Origin: Macrostomum lignano
Taxonomy: Eukaryota
Reading direction: 5' to 3'
Length of the DNA stretch: 64,000 bases
NCBI GenBank assembly: GCA_002269645.1
Contig: NIVC01000033.1
Location: 857,335 to 921,334, forward strand
Made by a program: the position numbers and the translations under genes. The notes beneath the pieces were generated by a model that ran no database searches, was not told where the DNA came from, and worked only from the letters and a program-made list of their open reading frames with translations. Numbering within the stretch: position 1 is the first letter of the stretch; each line of letters begins with the position of its first letter. Below, one piece after another: positions 24,061-34,688 of the stretch.

Positions 24061-24610
24061 GTCATTTTGCCCATAAACTGTTTTGCCCATAGACCATTTT
24101 GCCTATAGACCATTTTAGCCATGGACTGTTTCTAAACTTTACAGTTTTAAACTTTTAAACTGTTCTTTGATTCTCAATTTTGTTGACAAATCTTATTTTT
24201 TAAGTCTTTCTGGTACCTTGCTTGTAATGCAAACCCTTTCTCACCCCCTGACTGTTCAAATTGGCTTTAATTGTCATACTGACATGTCATACATGTCAGA
24301 AAGGAATGACTTTTTAATTTGTATTAATTCACAATCACAATAATCAAAATTGCAATAACACAATAATATAGTAGTTTTAAAAACAATTCAGATCCCATTT
24401 TATTACACATTAAAACTAAAAAAACTAAAAATTAGCATTGAAAAAAGAAAATAAAAATACATATATGGCTGTATCTCTAAACATAATCATCATTTTGGCT
24501 GAAACACCTATGCTATAGCTAAACTGGTTTATGGGCAAAATGGACTATGGGTGAAATGGTCTCGGGGCAAAATGTCCAGGGCCAAAATGGTTTGGAGGTG
24601 AAACAACCAG
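24061..24610. mobile_element. Fold-back element with inverted arrays of about 15-bp subterminal repeats
   Basis: Left arm GGTCATTTTGCCCATAAAAC..CCATTTTGCC (24061-24125) is the reverse complement of right arm GTTTATGGGCAAAATGGAC..GGGCAAAATG (about 24525-24610). Family not assigned. Confidence 0.55.
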
Positions 24611-24767
24611 AATTTAAACATGTTAAATGTTAAAATGTCATTAAAAATGTTTAAATGAATAAAACTTTTTCCCGTGATAAAAAAATTGCCAACTTGCTTC
24701 TTATGTATGATAACCATAAAAATAACAGTTTTGCTATTTATATCTATCTATACCATAGACTATGGTT

Positions 24768-25179
24768 TAGAGGTCGGATAGGATCCCGATCCGGATCCCA
24801 AAATCTCGGGATCCCAAAGAAAATTGAATTCCCGCGGGACCAGAATCCCAACCCTAAAAAACTCAAGATTTGGGAACAGGTCTTTTGATTAAAAATTTAT
24901 AGAATTAGTGATTACTTGAAGGTATTTTGCTTTAACTTGTACTTGTTACATTATTTACTTTGTTGGTTACAAAACTTCATATCAATTTCGTTGTGTTTTA
25001 CTTTTTGATCTTCACAATCTTTTCTTAATTTTGTTTAACTTTACATGGACAATACACTAAAAGACCTGATCTCAATTCTTGAATCCTGATCCCGATCCCA
25101 ATCCCGAGAAAAAAATTATTCCCAATCCCGATCCCACCCGAATATTTCAATCCTGTCCAACCTCTACTCTACATCTCTA
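24768..25179. mobile_element. hAT-type MITE with an exact 8-bp target-site duplication
   Basis: TAGAGGTCGGATAGGA (24768) pairs with TCCTGTCCAACCTCTA (25151-25166). The element is flanked by CTATGGTT at 24760-24767 and 25180-25187 and has internal GATCCC repeats. Confidence 0.75.
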
Positions 25180-27326
25180 CTATGGTTATATTAAAACCTA
25201 AGGCCCAGATAGTATCTTATGCATTGACTGTAAAAATAACCATTTTGCTATTTAAATGGTCACCATAACAATAACAAATGCCTATTTTAGTATGTCATTA
25301 GTCATTTTCTGGTTTTTCCTGATATACTCAATCCTTGTCTGGCCTCTCATGATTTATCAGTTTTAGATCATTAAAGTTAGGTCCCTAGAAAAAAACAGTG
25401 TGGATAAGTATATGCAACAACTACCATAATATGAACAACTACAAAATAAATAGCAAATATATTCTCTCTCTCTCTCTTAGCCAGTGCTAAATTGTTTTAA
25501 TCAATGTTATGTTCTAAGGAATTCTGCAGAAATATTAAATTTTGAAAGAATAGGAAAAATTGAGATTTCATAATCAGGATCCTAGACCAAGGCCCTATCC
25601 AGTATGCAGTATCAGACCGGCTGACCTGACCTTCAAAGTAAAGTAAGATTTTTATTCTATGGTTCAAGTAAAATATATGTATAAACGATGGATACCTGTA
25701 CTAGTTCACACTTGAACTCTTTTTCTAAAAAAAACATGCAGTTTGAAAAAATCGCATAAAGTAGCATTTGAAATAACAAATACGTTATTTTACCAGCAAA
25801 GACAAAATAAAGACCGTCCCCCTAATCGTTTCTACAAAAATTCTCTCCTATAGACGCTGACAGGAGCTCAACTTTTTTCGCCTCTTTGACGTGGCATCTA
25901 CCAGCCTAGTAAAGAGACAGGCGCCAAGGTAGGGGTGCCAAGAAGCGCCTATTGGAGACAGGGGCGCCCACGCACATGTAACGCGGTAGAAGACAGGGCT
26001 TCCACCAAGCAAGTCATTAAATATTGACTCCAAGAACATTTGAACTTTTACTGTTAGGTTCACCCCCAAGAATAGCTGTATTAACCATGTATAAATTAAA
26101 TTAGCCTCTCACCGAGCTAATGCACCTGCCCAATAAATTTTGTCGAAATATATACCGTGAATGTATATGTTAGCGTGATAAAGCTTTAGCCTGAATGTCT
26201 TTGGAAACTCCAATAAGTTAGAACTCGAAAAATCATTTGAGATTTAAGATTTTTGAATGAGTGATTCTTCTTGCATGTTTACGAGGAGAGTAAGTTTATC
26301 AATACGCCACATATATACCTGTGCCGGTATTTTTTGGAAAAAATTCGAAAGAAAAGAATTGTACATCATGCAATATTATAGCTGCGTGCCTGAAAATTCG
26401 CTTATCGATTAATGTGGAGAAGCTTAAAAAGATGAGGAAATTAATTCTGTGCGTCAAAATTGAATGCCAAAACTGCACCTTTTCGGCCATAGACATAGTT
26501 TTTCGTTTTTGACTACCAGACCATCGCATGGTTAGCACAATTAAGAGCAATTTTCTGTTTAAATCAAATGTCAAATTGTCGATATTGAATTAAAAATGTC
26601 AAAAATGAGTGAGAAATTGTGTAAAATGGTTTACTACTATTTAACATGCGCATAATCCGGCCCCTTTCTACTAAGACGAAAGAAATTATGATGGGTATAA
26701 TGGCAGCATCTTTGTTAAAAAAAGCTGGTCAGATCCAAATTTTACCGGAGTTTGGAAGCCCCGCGCTCTGGCTTTGGCTGTATCATTGGTTTACAAGTAG
26801 CCAATATCCGCGGCCAAAATATGTTAATATCTGCGGCCAATATATGTGGCCAATATCTGCTACTTGCAACTGGTATGGTGTTATCGAATAATAGTCGCGA
26901 AGAGCTTTGTGTCAGTGAGCATATTTTTTATTTGAAGTAAGTAGCTTGATGTATTTTACCTCTGCTTCAAGCCGATAAAAATAATATGTTTCTTCCTAGA
27001 ATTAACATAAATATAAAAAGAATACTTTTTGCAAAACTTTTACTTTCACTGCAGTCCTTGCCTGCAGTATGACGAGAATTCAGGACCGTCAAAAAATAGA
27101 AACCTGAAAAAGTATCATTTTATTCTAAACTTCAAAATTCTATATAAAATACAAGCATCTACGTCCTTTCCAGGTATATGTTAATTTTTTTCTTTAATTT
27201 CTCTTGGGCGTACAATTACAAATGTACATTTACTCCTGTAAGCTTTGGATGCAAGTTCTTATGTGCGCATTTTTTAACAGCTTGCATGGCGCGACTTAAC
27301 CTTCAGGTTTCTACTTGGGATGGCGC

Positions 27327-27555
27327 CAGTGGCATAGCCAGAAGGGGGGGGGGTGGGGTTGGGCGCGGCGGGTACCAAAAACCGTGAGGCAATTGAGTGC
27401 CTGCGGCGCTAAAATGAGTGCCTGCGGCGCCAAAATGAGTGCCTGCGGCGCTAAAATGAGTGCCTGCGGCGCCAAAAGTGGAAATGGCATAAGGCATGGC
27501 CAGCCAGGCTAACCTGCCCCCCCCCCCCCAATTGAAATTACTGGCTACCCCACTG
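27327..27555. mobile_element. hAT-type MITE carrying a 21-bp minisatellite
   Basis: TIRs CAGTGGCATAGCCAG / CTGGCTACCCCACTG; 8-bp flanks GATGGCGC / GATGGCAC (1 mismatch); internal (GAGTGCCTGCGGCGCTAAAAT) about x4. Confidence 0.8.
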
Positions 27556-27687
27556 GATGGCACTGAAACGGCCGCCTATTGATCGAGTATGCGGTGACGC
27601 CTTGTCTCTGGGCCTGCTCCCACACCTGACCTGACATTAGATCACGACAATGTAGTATGAAGTTGAATAGGGCAGCTATACTAAAAA

Positions 27688-28269
27688 CATAGGCGTAGGA
27701 ACGTTTCAAAAACTGGATGGGCCAGCTTCAGTGACGGATTTAGGGGGGGGGGGGGCGCACAGGGCGCACGCCCCTGTCGAGTTAGATTTTTAAATGGAAA
27801 ATGCACATTATCATGTAGCGATTATTTTCAGAATCCGTCTTGTCAGCACTCATTTTATAAACTGCCGCAGGCACTCATTTTGGCGCCGCAGGCACTCATT
27901 TTGGCGCTGCAGACACTCATTTTAGCGCTGCAGGCACTCATTTTGGCGCTGCAGACACTCATTTTAGCGCCGCAGGCACTCATTTTAGCGCTGCAGACAC
28001 TCATTTTAGCGCCGCAGGCACTCATTTTAGCGCCGCAGGCACTCATTTTAGCGCCGCAGGCACTCATTTTGGCGCTGGAGGCACTCATTTTGGCGCTGGA
28101 GGCGCTATTTTTTGTCGCCCTGCAGTAAAATGCATTCATGCAAAGCAGCAAAAACCAAAAATAAGCAAGAAGTCTACATTTTACATTTAAAATTTACCAT
28201 TGCTGCCCCCCCCACTTTAAAAAGGGGGGGGGTCCATGGCCCCACTGGCCCCCCGTTCCTACGCCTATA
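27688..28269. mobile_element. Second MITE with different TIRs carrying the same 21-bp minisatellite in reverse orientation
   Basis: ATAGGCGTAGGAAC (27689-27702) / GTTCCTACGCCTAT (28255-28268); internal (ATTTTAGCGCCGCAGGCACTC) about x11 at 27865-28110; nested CAGTGACGGATTTAGGGG end at 27729. TSD is weak. Confidence 0.7.
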
Positions 28270-29017
28270 ATAAAAAATAGAGTAAAATAATATGTTCGTG
28301 TAAACGTTTCTCGCAAACTTGCTGATCTATTTTGGAGTCTACCGAAGTATATGATTCCAGGCTTAAGTATGCGAATCCAACATGTAAAACAAAAATGCTC
28401 TTTATCGGGTGCGGAGCAAATCATCTGAAAAAATGATTCAATATTGAACGATATAAATATAAATAGAAGTTCTACCAGTCATATTAAATAACGCTTGTGC
28501 CAGAAGTACAAAATTTAGCAATTTCGTCATCGAAATTTCTAAAAAAAATTAGCTCTGTCATATTTCAGAAATTCGTACTTTAACCTTTTTAAAGTTTTTA
28601 GCGAGCGAGCATTTTATCGCCGCAAGAATTTCACAGCTGTCCTAACATTCCGAAGGAGTGCCATGCAGCACCACAAACCGGCTTATCTCTCTACAGATAC
28701 CGAAGGAGTGCCATGCAATACCATGCAGTACACAAACCGGCTTATCTCTCCACAGAATACTGTCTTATCACATTAACCCTTGTGACTGTCGGTTTCCAGA
28801 AATTTAAAACGTACTGCTGTCGTTCGATGCCACGGTCAATGGTCAGCTTGGGCCCGCCAGGTCAAGCAGAGCAGCACCAGTTACACAAGTGACTTGCCTT
28901 CAGTTCAGATAGATAGGGGCGCAAGTTTTACTGCATATAAGCCCCTAAAGCAGAGGAGCCAGCGGTACTCTAACCAGATTCACTTCCAACCCTCGCAACC
29001 ACACCAAAGCTTCAGCC

Positions 29018-29986
29018 ATGGTGAGCAGAGTCGTACAAATCGCCCTTGTTGCCGTGACAACGGTAATGCTAATTCTGACGCTGGTGTTCAACTACCTCAG
29101 CACGTCGGACCTGGGCTATCAAGCCGGTCTGTTCGCCTACAACAGTAGCATTCCCTGGACAGAGAGGGGTAACCTGACTGCCAGCAGCCTCACACCTCCT
29201 GGATGGGCCTTCAGCATTTGGGCCGTGATCTACCTGTACCAGGGCGCCATGCTGGCGTACTGCTGGAGTCTGCTGTTCCGCCGGAGCTCTCATGGCGAGC
29301 CGCTGTGCTGCGTTCCTGGCCTGCTTCCCGTAGGATTCCTCGTGGCCCATTGCATCAGCAGCGTGTTCAACATCGCCTGGGTGTTCCTGGCTGATAGGGT
29401 GCCAATGAGCAAGCCTCTGCTCACGCCCCAGACCCTGGTTCTCTTCTTCCTGGCCATCTCTATCTGGATCTGCCTGGCTTTCTCCCTGCAACAGTTGCAA
29501 GCCAACGGGCAGGAGCTGCAGTCGGAGGGTCTCGGCAAGGAGTACTGGCTGGTGATCGGGCTGATTCAGAATTCCTGCGGTCTGTACGTGGGCTGGACGA
29601 GCATCGCCAGCTTCCTGAACCTGGACGTGGCCATCGTGAACCTGGCCGGATACCCGGCGGAGAACAGCTCCCTGCTGTGCCTGTGTCAGGTCTGCCTGCT
29701 ACTGGGGATGTACATCGTGGCGGACTTCTCCTTTCTCGACCGCTACATGCGATTCGTGATCGCGCCATATGTCACCCTGCTATGGGCGCTGGTCACATCG
29801 GTGGCTGGCAACTACCGGGCGGGATCGGCGAGGTCCGACGTGTCCGTGCAACTTATGGCAGTCCTGGCTGTCGCCCTGGTCGCCAAGGTGATCGTCGCTA
29901 TCATTCGGCAGAAGCGGAGTCCCCAGCCGTGGTCAGTCAAGGGATCGCGCAGTCAGGTGTCTGACTCGAGCATCAAGCTGGGTTAG
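29018..29986 (+). CDS. Intronless multi-pass membrane protein, TspO-like (tryptophan-rich sensory protein-like) family, 322 aa
   Basis: Seven to eight hydrophobic segments; motifs LTPPGWAFSIWAVIY, FNIAWVFL and LYVGWTSIASFLN resemble the TP(A)GxAFSIWGxIY / LYxGWxTxAxxxN family pattern; GC3-rich codon usage like neighbouring genes. Confidence 0.85.
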   Translation: MVSRVVQIALVAVTTVMLILTLVFNYLSTSDLGYQAGLFAYNSSIPWTERGNLTASSLTPPGWAFSIWAVIYLYQGAMLAYCWSLLFRRSSHGEPLCCVPGLLPVGFLVAHCISSVFNIAWVFLADRVPMSKPLLTPQTLVLFFLAISIWICLAFSLQQLQANGQELQSEGLGKEYWLVIGLIQNSCGLYVGWTSIASFLNLDVAIVNLAGYPAENSSLLCLCQVCLLLGMYIVADFSFLDRYMRFVIAPYVTLLWALVTSVAGNYRAGSARSDVSVQLMAVLAVALVAKVIVAIIRQKRSPQPWSVKGSRSQVSDSSIKLG

Positions 29987-30533
29987 AGCAACGCGTCCAT
30001 GGACCGGCGGTTGAACCAAATGCTTATTTTGTATGATTGTTAACGGCCCGCGATATTAATAAGACATTCTTAAATTGACTGACTGAGCTAAAGCACCACA
30101 TGAAAATAAAAGGGTTTTTAATAGTGAGAAGATAATTAGGAATTAGCATATTTTAGTATGTACATACTAATTTTGATTTCAGACACGTACATAAAAAATA
30201 ACAGTTTTAAACAATGCCAATCTGTTTCTCTATTGGCATCAACTGTTTGGTTATCGACATGTATCTAATCTTTTACAGTACATTAACTTCACAATGTGAC
30301 TTTAAATCTGTGGTTCTATTGATAAGGAACAAAACACTTTTTCCCAAAACGCAATCACGGTTTTTGAAACCCTTCTTTTGTACTTAAAATACAGTTTGTT
30401 CACATAGGAAAGTTGTTTCGTTCTAACGTACGCGCTCACAAACTAACGACATAATAAATATATGACAAATCTGTATTCATTGACATGCAGTGATTTTTTG
30501 CAGAGCTCATGGACGGGGGCGATGCGTTCATTT

Positions 30534-30659
<126 letters not shown>

Positions 30660-32094
30660 AAAATAGGCTCAGAAGCTGCAGATTATGTAATACGTCGTCG
30701 AGGCTGTGAGACGGTGACATCGTTTCGTTATGGAATTTAGCTACAAGCCCACAATTCATTTACAATTTTACTGCAGGGGACTGCAAGTGCACTGGCGCAT
30801 CATAATTGGCGTCATCGTCCAACAGCAGAGGAAAGGGTAGTTTTTTTCCCGCAACGCAGTCTTTCCAGAATATACCAATCCTATAGACCTTTTGAGGGCA
30901 GAAAGAAGAAGAATCCGAGGGCCGCGTAGCCCTCCTCCCGAACTCGAACTCGAACTTTCATGGCACAATACATGAAAATAAGCGTCATCCATTGAAAATG
31001 GCTCCCTGGAACACCACAGAAACATATATGGTTTCGTTACAAGTAACAGGATGTACGAGGGTTCAATTTATACTTTCAGGGGGCTGCAGGCAGACTGGCG
31101 CAATGTCATTGGCCGTCATCGTCCTACGACCTACAGACAGCAAAGGGCAGGATTGCCATTGACGTCATCTCTCCTGAGCTCACATGCTAAGCGCCAAATT
31201 GATAAACGGCCATCCTTTGGCGACCCAACTTCTGTCACGCTGCGACCATTCTCGGGTCGCAAAACGATTCAGACTGTTGAAATGAATGGTTGCGGTTGTC
31301 TTCCTTCCTCACATAAAGCCTGGGAGACGGAGTCACCGTCCCTGCCGCCTGCGGGACACCATTGTTGTAGCCATATTGTGTCCACACTGGCGGCCACAAG
31401 CTTGCGCGGCCCCAAAGGGTAGCTCCAGGTCAGGCCCTGAGTGTCTGCCTCACAGTTCGCAGCCAATGTTCGGCGCTGGCTCGCCAGACTGGCTTTTAGT
31501 GCCACCCGTCGTCGCTTGGATGGTCGTTACAAAAATTAGGCTGGTTTTGCCGCAGTAATACTTGAATACATTGTTGCGTGTCCATCACCGTGGCATATTG
31601 GTAAAAAAATCAACATTTGACGACCGTTTTTATGCTGGATGGAAAGCATGACGGATACTACAGGGGCACACACTCACATATTGCTGAATAACTGCTCTGA
31701 CTTAATCATCGCCAGGCAGTGCGGACAGCCACTGTGCCTAATTGGGGGTTGGCTCACATGGGCTTAGCTCCGACAGCCCGTGTAGCTTCTTAGTGACGCA
31801 CCTAATTAAAGCGTCGCCATCGGGGTTTTAACCCGTGTCCGGAAAGTGGCATTCCGCCTCCTCAATGTTTCAGCTTAGTTGATGAAGAGATAAACCTTAG
31901 ATGGCTTAAGAAATTTGTGCAATTCCAACCTTCCCGACCTTCACTTGACAGCGCCCATCTAAGATACATGGGCGCTATCTTAATGCCTTTAGCAAGACAA
32001 TGATACTGCTGCTTGCATGCAAGGAAAGTGCAGTGCAACAAAGTTTGAAATCAACCAAAGATACAAAACACATCACATGGGTATAGAACAAAAT

Positions 32095-33020
32095 TTATGC
32101 ACTAGCTTATGGTTTTGAATGTGTGTACTAGCATTTGAATGTATGCACTAGCATTTGAATGTATGTACTAGCATTTGAATGTATGTACTAGCATTTGAAT
32201 GTGTGTACTAGTATTTGAATGTGTGTACTAGCATTTGAATGTTAGCATTTGAATGTGTGTACTAGTATTTGAATGTATGCATTAGCATTTAAATGTATGC
32301 ACTAGTATTTGATGTATGCACCATAGTATTTGAATGTATGTACTAGTATTTGAATTTATGTACTAGCATTCGAATGTATGTACTAGTATTTGAATGTATG
32401 TACAAGTATTTGAATGTATGTACTAGTATTTGAATGTATGTACTAGCATTTGAATGTATGCACCATAGTATTTGAATTTATGTACTAGCATTCGAATGTA
32501 TGTACTAGTATTTGAATGTATGTACTAGTATTTTAATGTATGTACTAGTATTTGAATGTATGCACTAGTATTTTAATGTATGCACCATAGTATTTGAATG
32601 TATGTACTAGTATTTGAATTTATGTACTAGCATTCGAATGTATGTACTAGTATTTGAATTTATGTACTAGTATTTCAATGTATGTACTAGTATTTGAATG
32701 TATATACTAGCATTTGAATGTATGCACCATAGTATTTGAATTTATGTACTAGCATTCGAATGTATGTACTAGTACTTGAATGTATGCACTAGCATTTGAA
32801 TGTATGTACTAGTGTTTGAATGTATGTACTAGTATTTGAATGGATGTACTAGTATTTGAATGTATGTACTAGTATTTTAATGTATGTACTAGTATTTGAA
32901 TGTATGTACTAGTATTTGAATGTATGCATTAGCATTTAAATGTATGCAGTAGTATTTGATGTATGCACCATAGTATTTGAATGTATGTACAAGTATTTGA
33001 ATGTATGTACTAGCATTTGA
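32095..33020. repeat. AT-rich 20-bp minisatellite (GAATGTATGTACTAGTATTT) with palindromic core TACTAGTA
   Basis: 20-nt periodicity with interspersed GCACCATAGTATTT variants. Confidence 0.95.
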
Positions 33021-33559
33021 AGTACAAACCAATTGCGCGCCAGTTCTGCTGGCATCACGGAAGTTCCGTTGCCTGCTCGTCAGCGTAATGGTGGAAAATC
33101 ACAACCTGGATTTACGCAGACGCAGCCCTGTTGACCAAAGCTCGCCGTAACAGCGAATACCTTGTCTAGCTATGATTGGACGCCTTCATCAAACTGCTGA
33201 AAGGGGTAATTAACTTCTCAATTTAACTGCAGTTGCAAAAAAGTTACGCTTGACCGTTTCAGAAGCCCTGCATAGCTTTTGACTGCTTGATTTTGTTGTG
33301 AAACCCTACGATTTTTGAAGCACTACGATAGAGGCATGTAATGAAACTCAGCTGCATCCCTTTCTTGGTCAATTTAGGATGGAAAAATTGTTTATTTAGC
33401 GTGGGAACAGCAAGGGTTTTGCCTGCAGCAGAGATCAATGGCTGAGATAGTGGGAGAGAATCGACATGTGCAGCCAACTGTAAAAGTAAATATTTTGGGC
33501 CTCGTTGGCCAATTATTTTCAAAATAGAATATACATTACTAGTGTGCCATTATAGGTAT

Positions 33560-33800
33560 AGCTTGAAGGTACCTAGCGCACGTTTTGAGTAACTGTAGTT
33601 ACATAATATAATGCGCGCATCTGAAGGCCTCGTACGGCTGTTCAGTCCAAGGACTGGGGGTCGCCTGACACCCTCAGTTACCTCAGCTAATGCTGGTTCC
33701 TCAGTTTACCTAACTGAAGCGATGCAGAGTGAGTGTCTTGCTCAAGGAAACGAATTATTCCGAGTGCGTCGAGAATTGAACCCCCGACCTTCAGTTAGCC
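33560..33800 (-). mobile_element. tRNA-derived SINE copy
   Basis: Minus strand reads AAGGTCGGGGGTTCAATTCTCGAC (B-box-like) followed by GTTTCCTTGAGCAAGACACTCAC, the post-tRNA motif common to many metazoan SINEs. Confidence 0.7.
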
Positions 33801-34688
33801 CAACAAAGCCTTAGCCTTAATATGCATTAAATCAGCACAGGTTTGGCTCAGTTAATACGAACGGCAATCCTTTATCAGATTTTTTATCGCGGTCGCTTAT
33901 TAATCGCAAATAATTGTTTCTTATGCAAATAATTTCATATTTTGGGCTTATCTAATCGTGGGACATATTTCAAATAATGATCGACGGTCAGTAGCGGTCA
34001 GTATTATGTATATTTGCATATAAGACTAGAGACTAGTGACGCAGATATTTCAGTGGCATTTACGTATACACTTTCGAGCGGTTGCGATTTCATAATAATT
34101 ACGTGTATTTTAAAAACTAAGATTACACATGGTGCACTTGCTCCACGACCAGACACACGATAGGCCCTGCGCCCGAGCATATTTAGTTTGGAATAGGCAG
34201 TAACGCTTCCGCTGTATCCCTGGGTGGTCGGTGGTTGGGACTTTGGGAGTGAAAAACTTACTGTGAGTTGTGCACGCAGAGCTCAAGGCCCTAAACAGAG
34301 AAGCTGCTGAGTTGAGTTTTATTTCTCCGTGGCTATCCATCGCAAGCACTCAAAAGTAAAATCGACGTGAGGGAACGAGCGGTATTTAGCGTCCTGACGA
34401 ATTCACGGGAGAGATGAACTCGAATCTTTCGATCTGATGCTCTGTCTACGAAGACAAGCGTCAGACGAAAATACGGTAAGTTCAGGGTGGAACTGATCAG
34501 TAAAATAATTTGAAACACGATCATAATTAACAATTATGCACTACGATAAATATTAGCTGAAAAAAAGTTATTTAAAGTAAGTACTAGCCAAATAATAACT
34601 ACTGTTGCACTAGGGTTTGTTTAAAGAACAAGCAAAACCGATATTTTTTAGTCAAGTGTCGGTTTTCAAACACGGCATCGAGCCATCA

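Noticed and set aside
30771-31125. Diverged about 50-bp direct repeat (30775-30820 vs 31077-31125) and a TACGAGGG mariner-like start at 31054
   Set aside because: Too short and degenerate; no matching opposite TIR or transposase frame.
31950-31976. Perfect 9-bp hairpin AGCGCCCAT/ATGGGCGCT as a Helitron 3' end
   Set aside because: No CTRR terminus at the expected distance and no linked Helitron sequence.
33030-33135. Hammerhead-ribozyme-like motif on the minus strand (CGTAA..TTACG stem, then CTGACGA and a possible stem II)
   Set aside because: GAAA is replaced by AGAAC, stem III does not pair, and no valid NUH abuts stem I.
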